A DNA stretch of 64,000 nucleotides from Vicinamibacteria bacterium (GCA_963668695.2 CAXXLQ010000004.1:1664001-1728000), one strand, 5' to 3'. Counted from the first letter of the stretch, positions 37,339 through 47,915 are shown. Program-made: numbers and translations. The notes: generated by a model not told the origin, from the letters alone.

Positions 37339-39399
37339 ATGGAAGGCAAGCTCGCCGGCTATTCCTGGCAGGGGCGCGCGATCCGCCGCGCCGCGGTCAT
37401 CGGCTCGGGTCAGATCGGGCCGGATATCGCCCTCCACCTGGTCAAGACGCTCGCGCCGCACGGGGTGGAGACCGCGGTCCTGGACATTTCGGAGGCGGCG
37501 CTCGAGTCCGGCCGGCGGAAGATGTTCGGGAAGATCGAGAAGGGTCGCCAGTCGGGGGCGTTCAAGGACGCCCAGGCCGAGCGGATGCGGTCAGCGGTCG
37601 ATTTCACGAGCGACTACGGCCGGCTCGCCGGCGTGGACCTGGTCATCGAGGCGGCTTCCGAGGATCTCGCGATCAAACGGCGCATCTTCGCCTCGGTCGA
37701 GGAGCTCGCGGCCCCCGGGGCGGTCCTCCTGTCGAATTCGTCGCACATCGAGCCGTCCCGCATCTTTGCCGAGCTATCCCGGCCGGGACGCGCCGCCGTC
37801 GCCCACTACTTCTTCCCGGCGGAGCGGAACCCGGTCGTCGAGATCGTTGCCGCCGAGTCCGCCCGGGGGCTCGTCCCCTGGCTCCTCGGTTTTTACGAGG
37901 AGATCGGCAAGGTGCCGGTCGCGGTCGCGAGCCGTTTCGGCCACGCCCTGAACCCCATCTTCGAAGGGCTCTTTCTGGCGGCCGCACTCGCGGTGGAGGA
38001 AGGGCTCGGAACCTCGAAGGAGGTGGACGACGTCGCCCGCCGGGCGCTCCGACTCGGGATCGGGCCCTTCACCGCCATGAACCTCACCGGCGGGAACCCG
38101 ATAGGCCACGAGGGGTTCGCCGCGATGCACGAGCGCCTCCACCCCTGGTTCCGGGTTCCCCGCCTCCTCGACGAAGCGATGGCCGAGGGCGGGCCCACCG
38201 GCCGGGTCTGGGAGGTGCCGGCGCGGGGCGAGAAAGTGCCCGTTCCGGAGCAGCGGAAGCGGGCCATCGAGGAACGGATTACCGCCGCCTACCTCGGACT
38301 CGCGGCCTGGACCGCCGCCGAAGGGGCGATCTCGGTTCCCGATCTGGACATGTCCTGCCACCTCGCGCTGGCGGTCGTCCACCCGTTCGGCCTCATGCGG
38401 AAGCTGGGGGCGGCACGGGTTTCGGACCTTCTCGCGTCCTACCGGGAACGGGAGCCCGATTTCTTCGACCCCGCGGACTTCGCTTCGCAGCTTCCCGATT
38501 GGACGTCCCGCCCGGTGCCCCGGGTGGGGAGGAGCGACGTTCCGGCAGGGACCGGCGCGGTGGCGGTGCTGACCATCCGCCGGCCGGAAGTGCTGGGGGC
38601 GCTCGACGAGGAGGTCTTCGCCGAGTTCGATGCGCGTCTCGACGAGGTGGCGGCGGATGACGCTGTCCTCGGAGTCGTCTTCACCGGGTTCGGAGTCAAG
38701 GCCTTTGTGTCGGGAGCCGACATTCGCATGCTGGCCCGCATCGGGTCACCCGGCGACGGGGAGCGGCTCTCGCGGGCCTCCCACCGGATCCTTGACCGGA
38801 TCGCGGGGTTCCAGAAGCCGGTGGTCTGCGCGCTGAACGGGATGGCCGTCGGGGGCGGGAACGAGCTGGCCATGGCCTGCCACGCCCGGATCGCGCGCGA
38901 GGGACTCCGGGTTCTCGCCAGCCAGCCCGAGCCGAACATCGGCATCATTCCGGGCGCCGGGGGGACGCAGCGGCTGCCCCGTCTCATCGGGGTGGAGGCG
39001 GCGTGGGAGATCCTCCGGACCGGGCGGGCCGTTTCGGCGAAGGAGGCGCTCGCGCTGGGCCTCGTCAGCGAGCTGGTCCCGGGGGAGCGGCTGCGGGAGC
39101 GGGCGGTTCAGGTGGTCGCCGAGGCCGCGTCGGACGGCGGGTCCCTGCCGGAGATGCCGGACGGCCCCATCCCCGTTCCGGACGAGTTGCCCGAAGTGGA
39201 CATCGGCCATCTTTCCCGGCCCGTGGACGCCCTCATCCAGAGGGCCGTCCGGGAGGGGGCCGCCACGGATCTCGCTTCCGGCCTGGACCTCGAAATCCGC
39301 CTCTTCGGCGAGGGCTGCGCCCTTGAGGACATGGGGATCGGGGTCCGGAACTTCATCGAGAACGGTCCGCGGACCAGAGCAGCGTTCGCCCACCGCTGA
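37339..39399 (+). CDS. 3-hydroxyacyl-CoA dehydrogenase / enoyl-CoA hydratase fusion
   Basis: VIGSGQIG, IEAASE, SNSS, HYFFP; C-terminal AFVSGAD, GGGNELA, GIIPGAGGTQRLPR. Confidence 0.92.
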   Translation: MEGKLAGYSWQGRAIRRAAVIGSGQIGPDIALHLVKTLAPHGVETAVLDISEAALESGRRKMFGKIEKGRQSGAFKDAQAERMRSAVDFTSDYGRLAGVDLVIEAASEDLAIKRRIFASVEELAAPGAVLLSNSSHIEPSRIFAELSRPGRAAVAHYFFPAERNPVVEIVAAESARGLVPWLLGFYEEIGKVPVAVASRFGHALNPIFEGLFLAAALAVEEGLGTSKEVDDVARRALRLGIGPFTAMNLTGGNPIGHEGFAAMHERLHPWFRVPRLLDEAMAEGGPTGRVWEVPARGEKVPVPEQRKRAIEERITAAYLGLAAWTAAEGAISVPDLDMSCHLALAVVHPFGLMRKLGAARVSDLLASYREREPDFFDPADFASQLPDWTSRPVPRVGRSDVPAGTGAVAVLTIRRPEVLGALDEEVFAEFDARLDEVAADDAVLGVVFTGFGVKAFVSGADIRMLARIGSPGDGERLSRASHRILDRIAGFQKPVVCALNGMAVGGGNELAMACHARIAREGLRVLASQPEPNIGIIPGAGGTQRLPRLIGVEAAWEILRTGRAVSAKEALALGLVSELVPGERLRERAVQVVAEAASDGGSLPEMPDGPIPVPDELPEVDIGHLSRPVDALIQRAVREGAATDLASGLDLEIRLFGEGCALEDMGIGVRNFIENGPRTRAAFAHR

Positions 39400-39481
39400 T
39401 CGCGCGGACACCGAGCGGCGAGAACTGCGCCGCCATCCACCGGGGGGCGCCGGCGAAGAAACCCCGCCGCGGCGCCCGCGA

Positions 39482-40423
39482 CTACTTGCCCAGGCTGTCC
39501 CAGATGTCGTTCATGCCGAGTTGGTAAGCCATCTGCTGGAGCGAATCGGCGGTCTTCCTTTCGAGGGGGATTCCGCGGGTACGGTGCTGTTCTTCGACGG
39601 CGGCGGCCTCCTGGCCCGGATAGTCGATCCGGGCCCGGCGCAGTGGGGCGAGCCGCTCCACCATCCGGTTCCGGAAGCCGGCCCAGGGGGCGAAGGCGCG
39701 GATCCGAAAGGCGAGGAAGAAGTGACCGGTGCCGCGGTGGGTGGGGTCGGGGTGGGGTTCCGCGGCGAGTTCCTCGGGGAGCGCCGCCCCCCCGAGCGTC
39801 ATGAGGAACTCGAGCGCGAGGCCGAGGGCGACAGCGCGCTCATCGCCCTCCGGGGGAAGGTTCAGGCTCAGGACCATTGGAGCGGCGGTTTCTGCGGTGG
39901 GGACCGCGATTCCGAGCGCCACCGGGTCGCTGGCGGGTAGCCGCTCCCCGTCGCCGGGGCGGACGGGTTCGCTCGCCATCGCGATTCCCGCCATCTGGTG
40001 AGAGAGGGCGATCGCCGCGAAATATCCCGGCGACCCCATCCGGTTGCTCCGGCGCACGGCGGTGCTGCCGATGCCGTGGCGGTTCGCACCGCTGATGGCC
40101 TCGATCATCGCGCGCCAGGCGATCGCCGGGCCGGGCCCGTTGTCCCCGTCGAGCACCGCGGTCCCCCCCGAGGAGGAGACAACTTGCATGTCCGGGGCCG
40201 GATTCACATGCCGCGTGGAGAGCCCGGTGACGAGTCCCGGCAGCCACGCCACCCCGTCCTGGTCTTCGCCCATCAGATTGGCGCCCACCATGGCGTCCGC
40301 GGTGTGGGAGGCCAGCTCGGGCGCGAGCCGGACCCGTTTCAGCGTCTCCCGGATAAAGAAATGGAGCTGTCCGTGCCGGACTCGTAGCGGGGAGCCGTCT
40401 CCGGTCACCAAAGAAGAAGTCAT
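39482..40423 (-). CDS. Ldh_2 (malate/L-lactate dehydrogenase type 2)-fold protein, degenerate
   Basis: DGDNGPG, GIG..AVRRSN, GHFFLA, YPG; canonical His residues appear substituted. Confidence 0.75.
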   Translation of the reverse strand: MTSSLVTGDGSPLRVRHGQLHFFIRETLKRVRLAPELASHTADAMVGANLMGEDQDGVAWLPGLVTGLSTRHVNPAPDMQVVSSSGGTAVLDGDNGPGPAIAWRAMIEAISGANRHGIGSTAVRRSNRMGSPGYFAAIALSHQMAGIAMASEPVRPGDGERLPASDPVALGIAVPTAETAAPMVLSLNLPPEGDERAVALGLALEFLMTLGGAALPEELAAEPHPDPTHRGTGHFFLAFRIRAFAPWAGFRNRMVERLAPLRRARIDYPGQEAAAVEEQHRTRGIPLERKTADSLQQMAYQLGMNDIWDSLGK

Positions 40424-41718
40424 GAGAACAGATCCCGGAGCGTGCCGCTCCAACCCCAGAAGAGAACCACCACGATGGCCGCGGGGATCACCCAGCGGAT
40501 CCAGAAGAGCCAGAGGCCGCCCGGAGGCTTCGTCGAGCCCCGGCCCGCCTCGGCGAGCGCCCGGCCCCGCGAGACGAAGAACCCTAGACCGATCAGGGTG
40601 AGCGCCGAACCGATCGGCTGCATCGTGGAGCCCCAGATGAGGTCGCTCCACCCCAGGTAGTCGGCGCTCACCATGGACGGTAGCGCGACCGGGATCTGGA
40701 GGGCCACCACCGCCGCGATCACCTGCGGCCGGCTCCAGCCGGTCCAGGGGACGACCGAGTTCACGATCACCTCGAGCGCGGCGAGCGCCGACAGGAAGGC
40801 GGCGAGGAAGAGTGCGAGGAAGAACACCGGACCGAAGAACTCGCCGCCCGGCATGGCGGCGAAGACCCGGGGCAGGGTGAAGAACACGAGCGGCGGACCC
40901 GAGGCCGGCTCCACCCCGAGGGCGAAGGCGGCCGGGAGCACGGCGAGCCCACCCAGGATGGCGGCGCCCGTGTCGCCCAAGATCGTCGAGGCGGCGAGGC
41001 GGCGCAGGTTGGCGGTCGAGGGCAGATAGCTGCCGTAGGCGAGGAAGAAGGTGCCTCCGAGCGAGAGGCTGAAGAACGCCTGCCCGAGCGCCGCCAGGAA
41101 GGTCTCGGCGTTGACCCGGTCGAAGTCGGGCCAGAGCAGGTAGCGGACGCCCTCGGAGGCGCCCGGAAGGGTGACGGAACGGACCGCCACGACGACGAGT
41201 CCGATCCCCACGAGCGGCATCGCGATTCGTGACAGCCGCTCGACGCCGCGCCGCACCCCGAAGGCCGCCACCAGCCCCATGGCCCCGAAGACCAGGACGG
41301 TGAGGCTGAGGTTGAGCCCCGTGATGCCGCCGAAGTTTTCGGCGTAGAACGCCTCGGGTTCGGGGACCACGCCGCCGAGTGCCGCATAAAAGAGGACCTG
41401 GGCCACCACCACCGTGTAGTAGGAGCAGGCCATGAACACGGTAAGGACGAGCAGGCCCCCCACGAAGCGGCCGCCGGGCATCCCGATCTTCGTGAAGGCG
41501 CCGCCCGGGCCGGCGCGGGTCAGGCGTCCGAGACTCCATTCGGCCATGAGCGCCGGAGCGCCGAGGAGGAGCACGAACGCGAGATAGATCGCGACGAACG
41601 CTCCGCCTCCGTACCGGCCCGCCAGGTAGGGAAACCGCCAGATGTTGGCAAGCCCCACCGCGACCCCGATGAGGGTCATCGCGGTCCCGAAACGGGTCCC
41701 GAAGCGTTCGTCGCTCAC
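40420..41718 (-). CDS. Sodium-dependent transporter, NSS/SNF family
   Basis: AVGLANIWRFPY...GGGAF; GQAFFSLSLG; YGSY. Confidence 0.95.
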   Translation of the reverse strand: MSDERFGTRFGTAMTLIGVAVGLANIWRFPYLAGRYGGGAFVAIYLAFVLLLGAPALMAEWSLGRLTRAGPGGAFTKIGMPGGRFVGGLLVLTVFMACSYYTVVVAQVLFYAALGGVVPEPEAFYAENFGGITGLNLSLTVLVFGAMGLVAAFGVRRGVERLSRIAMPLVGIGLVVVAVRSVTLPGASEGVRYLLWPDFDRVNAETFLAALGQAFFSLSLGGTFFLAYGSYLPSTANLRRLAASTILGDTGAAILGGLAVLPAAFALGVEPASGPPLVFFTLPRVFAAMPGGEFFGPVFFLALFLAAFLSALAALEVIVNSVVPWTGWSRPQVIAAVVALQIPVALPSMVSADYLGWSDLIWGSTMQPIGSALTLIGLGFFVSRGRALAEAGRGSTKPPGGLWLFWIRWVIPAAIVVVLFWGWSGTLRDLFS

Positions 41719-41725
41719 GCGATCC

Positions 41726-42454
41726 TTACCTTGCGCGCAGGTAGTCGCGGGCGTTCAGCGCCTGGCCCGTGGTAGCGGCCGATTCGGGCGACGCGAGAAC
41801 CACGAAGACTTCGGCGATCTCTTCCGGAGTGGGCAGGGTCAGGGGGTCCTCCGCGGGGTAGGCGGCGGCGCGCATCGGGGTGCGGGTCGCTCCCGGATTG
41901 ACGCTGTTCACCTGGACTCCGGTGTCTTTGAGCTCCGCGGCGAGGGTCTGGGTGAACCCCTCGAGGCCGAACTTGGACACCGCGTAGGGTCCCCAGTTGG
42001 GCTTGCCGATGCGGCCGACCGTCGAGCTGACGTTGATGATCGAGGCGGACTCCCGCTCCAGGAAAGCCGGGAGCAGGGGCTTCGTGACGTAGAGGAGGCT
42101 CGCGGTGTTGATCCGGAGGGTGTCCGCCCAGACCTTCGGGTCCTGCTCGATGATCGGCGCCCGCACTCCCAGGATCGAGGCGTTGTTCACCAGCACCGAG
42201 AGGTCGGGGAAGCGGACGAGCGCCGCGTGCGCCATGGCCTCCGCTGAATCCGCGTCCCCGACGTCGGAGGCAGCGAAGCCGGTTCGTCCGGGGTGCAGAG
42301 CTTCCAGTTCGTCCGCGGTTTCCCGGAGTCGCTCCTCCCCGCGCGCAGTGAGGAACACCCGCGCTCCCTCCTGGAGGAAGATGCGCGCGAGCCCACGCCC
42401 GATCCCGGACGAAGAGCCGGTGATCAGCGCCGCGACGCCTTCGAGCCGTCTCAT
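41726..42454 (-). CDS. Short-chain dehydrogenase/reductase, YciK-like
   Basis: TGSSSGIG, NNA, YAVSK, NPGATRTPMRAAAYPAED. Confidence 0.92.
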   Translation of the reverse strand: MRRLEGVAALITGSSSGIGRGLARIFLQEGARVFLTARGEERLRETADELEALHPGRTGFAASDVGDADSAEAMAHAALVRFPDLSVLVNNASILGVRAPIIEQDPKVWADTLRINTASLLYVTKPLLPAFLERESASIINVSSTVGRIGKPNWGPYAVSKFGLEGFTQTLAAELKDTGVQVNSVNPGATRTPMRAAAYPAEDPLTLPTPEEIAEVFVVLASPESAATTGQALNARDYLRAR

Positions 42455-42594
42455 GATTCGTCCCTGGGCGCCTCCGACGCAGTCAGACGCTCCCGTTCGC
42501 GCCGGAGGCCCCGTTCGAGCAGTGTGAGCCGGATCAGGTAGCCCGCGAGCAGCACGAAGAAGGCGATGTAGCCGGCGGCCAGCCAGTCGTTCAT
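42451..42594 (-). CDS. ccmD: Heme exporter protein CcmD
   Basis: 47-aa single-TM protein with AGY and a charged tail; ATGA-coupled to ccmC. Confidence 0.7.
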   Translation of the reverse strand: MNDWLAAGYIAFFVLLAGYLIRLTLLERGLRRERERLTASEAPRDES

Positions 42595-43289
42595 GAGGCC
42601 TCCGCGAGACGGCGCTGGCGGAGCGCCTCGACGGAACGGGCCTCGCGCTCGAGATCCATCCGCCAGCCGAAGAGCCACCAGAAGAGCAGCGTGAAGGCGG
42701 CGAGACAGATGAGGAGCGCGATCCACATGTCAGGATGCAGACCCGAGTCCGGGCCCCCCATGATCACCGGCGCCGGATGCTGGGTGCGCCACCAGCGGAT
42801 CGAGAAGTACACGATGGGGACGTCGGCGCCGCCCAGGATTCCAAGCACCGCCGCCAGGTTGGCGCGCCGCGTCGGGTCGTCCACGTAGCTGCGGAGCAGG
42901 AGATAGCCGAGGTAGATCAGCCAGAGGACGAATGCGGTGGTGAGCCGGGCGTCCCAGGTCCACCAGATCCCCCACGCCGGCTTTGCCCAGATGGTTCCCA
43001 TCGCGAGTCCGGCGGTGGTGAAGAGCGTCCCGATCTCGGCTGCGGCGAGCGCCGCGATGTCGTAGCGCGGATTCCGGGTGCGCAGCCAGCCGATGCTCGC
43101 TCCGGCCACCAGCAGGAAGGCGGCGAACGCCAGCCACCACGACGCCAGGTGGAAGTAGAAGATCCGCTGCAGGTTGCCCATCGTGAGTTCGGTGGGCGCG
43201 TAGAAGAAGACCGCCCAGAGGGCGACGACCAGCGCTACTCCGGCAGCGGCGGCCCGCCAGCCGTGTCGCCGAGACGCGCTGCGAGGCAT
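42591..43289 (-). CDS. ccmC: Cytochrome c biogenesis heme exporter CcmC
   Basis: RIFYFH; WAKPAWGIWWTWDARLT (WWD motif); WWRTQHP. Confidence 0.93.
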   Translation of the reverse strand: MPRSASRRHGWRAAAAGVALVVALWAVFFYAPTELTMGNLQRIFYFHLASWWLAFAAFLLVAGASIGWLRTRNPRYDIAALAAAEIGTLFTTAGLAMGTIWAKPAWGIWWTWDARLTTAFVLWLIYLGYLLLRSYVDDPTRRANLAAVLGILGGADVPIVYFSIRWWRTQHPAPVIMGGPDSGLHPDMWIALLICLAAFTLLFWWLFGWRMDLEREARSVEALRQRRLAEAS

Positions 43290-43393
43290 GGTCTGGCTGG
43301 GTTCGGCGGTGCTTTCGGCGGGGTTTTTGGCAGCGCTCCGGCGCTCTATCCAGCGCGGGAAGCGGCGCGATGCGCCATGACTATACTCGGGCC

Positions 43394-44233
43394 ATGCGCC
43401 TCAATCTCCGCTCTTCCCGTCCTCTTGCGCTCGCTCTGGGCGCGCTTCTTGCCGGCGGTGCGCTTGCCGCCGGCCAGCTCCTCCCGGGGTCCGATGACAC
43501 CGCCCGCGACCGGCTGAACACGTCGGCCCGGCACGGCGAGTGGGTCTCGGTGCCCGCTCCCGGCGGGGATACGGTCGAGTCCTGGATCGTCTATCCGGAG
43601 CGGTCGGACACCGCGCCGGTGGTGGTGGTTATCCACGAGATCTACGGCCTCACCGACTGGATCCGGGGGGTTGCCGACGAGTTCGCCGCGCAGGGGTTCA
43701 TCGCGGTCGCTCCCGACATGCTGACCGGGAAGGGCCCGGACGGCGGCAGGACGGATTCGGTGGACCGGGACGGCGCGGTGGCGCTGGTCCGGGGGCTCGA
43801 CGCCGATGAGGTGCACACCCGGCTGAAAGCGGTCGCGGACTGGGCGACCGCGCTTCCTGCGGCCGAAGACGCGTACGGCGTGGTCGGCTTCTGCTGGGGC
43901 GGGCGCACCAGCTTCAGCTTCGCCACTTACGATCCGGAACTCGGCGCCGCCGTCGTGTACTACGGCACCTCACCGGATAACGAGGCGCTCGCTGCGGTCG
44001 AGGCGCCGGTACTCGGCCTCTACGGCGGCGACGACGCCCGGGTGAACGAGACGATTCCGCCGGCGCAGGCGCGGATGGAGGAACTCGGCAAGGTCTTCCA
44101 GGTGGAGATCTTCGACGGCGCGGGACACGGGTTCCTGCGGGCGCAGGAAGGCCGCGAGGGACGGAACCTGGCGGCCTCCTCCCAGGCGTGGCCGCTCACG
44201 GTTCGTTTCTTCCGGGAACATCTGGGTTCCTGA
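43394..44233 (+). CDS. Dienelactone hydrolase family protein (secreted)
   Basis: HEIYGL, GFCWGG, AGHGF. Confidence 0.93.
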   Translation: MRLNLRSSRPLALALGALLAGGALAAGQLLPGSDDTARDRLNTSARHGEWVSVPAPGGDTVESWIVYPERSDTAPVVVVIHEIYGLTDWIRGVADEFAAQGFIAVAPDMLTGKGPDGGRTDSVDRDGAVALVRGLDADEVHTRLKAVADWATALPAAEDAYGVVGFCWGGRTSFSFATYDPELGAAVVYYGTSPDNEALAAVEAPVLGLYGGDDARVNETIPPAQARMEELGKVFQVEIFDGAGHGFLRAQEGREGRNLAASSQAWPLTVRFFREHLGS

Positions 44234-44265
44234 GTTCCTGAACGGGGTTACCAAGGAGGGTTTCG

Positions 44266-44763
44266 ATGCCTGTTGCGCGACTGCTGTCTGCGGCCCTGGT
44301 GTTCAGCCTTGCTGCCGCCGGGCCCGCCCGTGCCCAGGAGGTCGAGGCGTTGAGCTTCGTGCTGATCGGCAAGCGGGACTACACGACGATCCAGCATCCG
44401 GGCAAGACGGTGATCGCGGGATCGCTCCACGGAGTCATGAGGGTCACCGACGCCCCGGAGGGCAACGCCCTCGCCCCGGGGGCCACCCTGCACGGGACCT
44501 GCGCCATCTTCATTTCGCGGTCGGAAGCCGAACTGGATATCCACAGCGAGTGCACCTTCGAGGACGGCGATAGAGACGAGGTGTACACGACCGCGTGGCG
44601 TCAGGAAGGCGACGCCGCCGGCGGGGGCGGCGGTGACGGTGGCTTCGAGTTTGCCGGCGGCACCGGGAAGTACGACGGCATGCAGTCGCAGGGTCAGTGC
44701 CCCTATACGGTGAACTACCTGGAGGACGATGACGTCGTCATCGTCTCCGACTGCGTGCGGTAG
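44266..44763 (+). CDS. Secreted hypothetical beta-barrel-like protein
   Basis: SD AAGGAGG; signal peptide ending ARA; GGTGKY motif; four Cys. Confidence 0.75.
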   Translation: MPVARLLSAALVFSLAAAGPARAQEVEALSFVLIGKRDYTTIQHPGKTVIAGSLHGVMRVTDAPEGNALAPGATLHGTCAIFISRSEAELDIHSECTFEDGDRDEVYTTAWRQEGDAAGGGGGDGGFEFAGGTGKYDGMQSQGQCPYTVNYLEDDDVVIVSDCVR

Positions 44764-45009
44764 GGACGACGATCTGCCGATCTTCGGCCGCTACCTGCAC
44801 TGCCCTGTCCGGGAGCCGGGCCACGCAGGTGTCCGGATTTCTCCTGGTCTTGACGTTGGTTTCGTTCGGATTGGCTTGGTTTGGCGTTCTGCGCAGGGGC
44901 TGAATAGAGTTCGGTTCCGGTCGATGAGAACGTCCGAAGGGTAGACAACCTGGAACCGGTCAAGAACAACGGTCGAGCGTCGGACGGCATTCCGCCCGAT
45001 GGGCTCCGG

Positions 45010-46419
45010 ATGGCGCCGGAACGCATGCTGGAACTGGCCCGCCACGCGGCCGAGCTGCTCGTGGAACGCTTCGAGAACCTGCCGCAGACGGAGGCGTGGG
45101 ACGGAGATTTCCGGACCGCCCTCGCCGACCGGCTGGTGGAGGAACCCCCGGAGGAAGGACGGGCGGCGGAAGAGGTCATCGACCGGGCGGCGCGCGAGAT
45201 CCTGCCGTTCGCGACCCGGCTCGATCATCCCCGCTCCTTTGCCTTCGTGCCGTCTTCGCCCACCTGGCCCGGGGTGCTCGCCGATTTCTTGGCGTCCGGG
45301 TACCACATCAATGCCTGCACCTGGCTGGTGGCGAGCGGCCCGGGCCAGCTCGAACTGGTCGTCATCGACTGGTTCCGGCAGTGGGTCGGCTACCCCGAGG
45401 GAGCCGGCGGCCTCTTCACGAGCGGGGGTTCGGCGGCCACCCTGAACGCGTTCGTGGCGGCGCGGGAAGCGGCGGGCAATCCCGAGCGCGGCGTGGTGTA
45501 CCTGAGCAACCAGAGCCACAGCGTGCTCGACCGCGCCGCCATGATCATCGGGATTCCCCGAGACCGGGTTCGGCGGCTTCCGGCCGACGGACGCACCGGC
45601 CTCGACCTCGACGCCCTGCGCCAGGCTGTCCGCGAGGACCGCGCCGCCGGGCTTCACCCTCTGGTGGTGTGCGCGAACGCCGGGGCGGCCAGTACCGGAA
45701 CCATCGATTCCCTTCCCGAGATCGCCGATTTCTGCGCCGCGGAAGAAATCTGGATGCACGTGGACGCCGCCTACGGCGGCTTCGCCGCGGTGACCGAACG
45801 AGGGAAGGCTCTGCTACGCGGAATGGAACGCGCCGATTCCATCGGGCTGGACGCGCACAAGTGGTTCTTCCAGCCGTACGAGGCGGGATGTCTGCTGGTG
45901 AAGGACGCCCGCACTCTGGAGACCCCGTTCGGGCTTCACCACGACGTGCTCCAGGACACCCTCTGGGGGAAGAACCACCCGAATTTCGCCGACCGCGGGC
46001 TGCAGCTCAGCCGCTCGTTCCGCGCGCTCAAGGTCTGGATGACGATCCAGACCTTCGGGATGGCGGCGCTCCGGAAGGCGATCGCGGGCGGGATGGAGTT
46101 GGCCGCGAGAGCCGACGACCATGTTCGCGAGAGCTCGGATCTCGAGCTGCTGAACCCCGCTTCGCTCGGGATTCTCTGTTTCCGGGCTCGCCCTCGCGGT
46201 GCGCCGGACGACGAAGATTCACTCCAGGCGATCAACCGGAAAGTGCTCGCCCGGGTGTTCTGGGGCGGCGAAGCGATGCTTTCGTCCACGCAGGTCCGCG
46301 AGACGTTCTCGCTCCGGCTCTGCATCATCAACCACACGACGACCTGGGACGACGTCCGTGGGACGCTCGAATCGGTGGCGCGGTTCGGAAGGGAGGTCGC
46401 GGCAGAGACGGAGTCCTGA
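45010..46419 (+). CDS. PLP-dependent decarboxylase, aromatic-L-amino-acid/glutamate decarboxylase family
   Basis: TSGGS, HVDAAYGG, DAHKW, SRSFRALKVW. Confidence 0.93.
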   Translation: MAPERMLELARHAAELLVERFENLPQTEAWDGDFRTALADRLVEEPPEEGRAAEEVIDRAAREILPFATRLDHPRSFAFVPSSPTWPGVLADFLASGYHINACTWLVASGPGQLELVVIDWFRQWVGYPEGAGGLFTSGGSAATLNAFVAAREAAGNPERGVVYLSNQSHSVLDRAAMIIGIPRDRVRRLPADGRTGLDLDALRQAVREDRAAGLHPLVVCANAGAASTGTIDSLPEIADFCAAEEIWMHVDAAYGGFAAVTERGKALLRGMERADSIGLDAHKWFFQPYEAGCLLVKDARTLETPFGLHHDVLQDTLWGKNHPNFADRGLQLSRSFRALKVWMTIQTFGMAALRKAIAGGMELAARADDHVRESSDLELLNPASLGILCFRARPRGAPDDEDSLQAINRKVLARVFWGGEAMLSSTQVRETFSLRLCIINHTTTWDDVRGTLESVARFGREVAAETES

Positions 46420-46487
46420 GAGTGCGCTCTCCAGATGGATCGCCGCCCGCAGGGCAGCCGAGGCAGGGCAGCCGAGAACGAGCGCCG

Positions 46488-47906
46488 TCAGCGGACCAGC
46501 GTGAACGCCTTCTGGGTCTCGTAGACCTGATCGCCGTAGAGGACCCGGATCCCGAGCTCGTAGCGCCCCGGAGCAAAGCCGCGTAGCTCGATCTCCGCAT
46601 TCGCGGCCGCCTGGCGGGTGCTGGTCGGCAGCGCCTCCGGACGGACGAAACCGGTGTCGCGCCCTTCCCGGCTCAGGGTGTACTCGGCCACGATCTCGGG
46701 CAGCTCTCCGTCGTCAATGCGTTCGCCCGGATAGAAGAAATAGAAGGCGCCGAGCGTCTCCTCCTGACGGAACACTCCGGTCGAGCGGGGTTTGAAGTGC
46801 GTGCGGCCGAACTGGAAGGCGCGTCCCGGGGCCGTGCCGCTGTACTGCTGGGTGGTGGTGTCGCTGTAGAGGACCACCGAAGAGAACCCGGGCTCGGTCT
46901 CGGGGAAGACCGGCGCCTCGATCTCCACCTGTGCGGCGCCGTAGGCGTCGGACTGCTCGTCCACCACGCCGACGAGCAGGCGATGGGCCCCGGGCGGCAG
47001 CACCAGGGACGCCTCGAACCGAGCGGGACCGTCCGCTGCCTGGATCGAGGTATGCGCGGTTTGGAGCCGGTAGGTCGCGGCCCCGGGACCTTCTTGCTGG
47101 GCGGATGCGGTCCTCGCGAAGACGGAGGCCGCCAGTTGGCCATCGGTCCCCGGAGCGAGCGCGCCGGCGGGCGTTTCGAAGAGCAGGGCCACGTACGTCG
47201 CCCGATCGCCTCTCCGGAAATAGGCGGGGGTCACCCGGAACGAAAAGGTGCTCTCGGCCGCAGCGCCGGCCTCCAGGCCCGCGAGGACCTGGCGGGCGCG
47301 TTCGGAGCCCCCGGTGGGGAGGTTCGGAATGACCAACCGGTTAGCTTCATCGCGTTCGAAGCCGATCTCGGGGCGGGCGATCAGACGCCGGCGCATCTCT
47401 TCGAGGTTCTCGTCCACGACGGTGCGGTTCTCAAGAAAGAGCTGGCCTTCCTCGTCGCGGTAGTAGAGGGCTGCGAGCGTGTCCGCGAGGCCGTGTTCCG
47501 GGTCGGGCGGGAACACCCAAAGGAGGCCTTCCGGGGTTTTGTCGGTGGCCGGCTGGAGCAAGGCCTGCACCGGCATGCCGAGCAGCACGAACACCCGCGC
47601 CCGGTCGCCCCCGCCGTAGCCGCCGTCCTCCGAGAAGCTCGAGTCGGCGAGGCGCACCCGCGCCAGATAGAGGTTGAGGGTCTCGTTCTGCGGCGTGGAC
47701 GGGTCCGGATCGCGCCGCATCCAGAAGAGACGCCGGAAGGCCTCGCGGTCCCCGTAGGTCATCGCCTGGATGGACGCGCGCCGCTCTTCCTGGGTCATCA
47801 GGAAGGATTCCACCCAGCCGAGTTCGGTGACCGTGGGCCGGCCTCCCTGCGCGAGCGCGGCCGCCGGGACGGTCAGCAGCAGGGCGATCAGAAGGACGAG
47901 GGGCAC
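46488..47906 (-). CDS. GWxTD-domain protein
   Basis: FWMRRDPDPSTPQNE...R...AD..F; degenerate GYGGGDRARVFVLLG; C-terminal Ig-like domain. Confidence 0.8.
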   Translation of the reverse strand: MPLVLLIALLLTVPAAALAQGGRPTVTELGWVESFLMTQEERRASIQAMTYGDREAFRRLFWMRRDPDPSTPQNETLNLYLARVRLADSSFSEDGGYGGGDRARVFVLLGMPVQALLQPATDKTPEGLLWVFPPDPEHGLADTLAALYYRDEEGQLFLENRTVVDENLEEMRRRLIARPEIGFERDEANRLVIPNLPTGGSERARQVLAGLEAGAAAESTFSFRVTPAYFRRGDRATYVALLFETPAGALAPGTDGQLAASVFARTASAQQEGPGAATYRLQTAHTSIQAADGPARFEASLVLPPGAHRLLVGVVDEQSDAYGAAQVEIEAPVFPETEPGFSSVVLYSDTTTQQYSGTAPGRAFQFGRTHFKPRSTGVFRQEETLGAFYFFYPGERIDDGELPEIVAEYTLSREGRDTGFVRPEALPTSTRQAAANAEIELRGFAPGRYELGIRVLYGDQVYETQKAFTLVR

Positions 47907-47915
47907 AGAGGAAAC

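Noticed and set aside
44850-44890. TTGGT/TTGGC pentamer run with TTGACG
   Set aside because: Short, imperfect low-complexity sequence with no properly spaced -10
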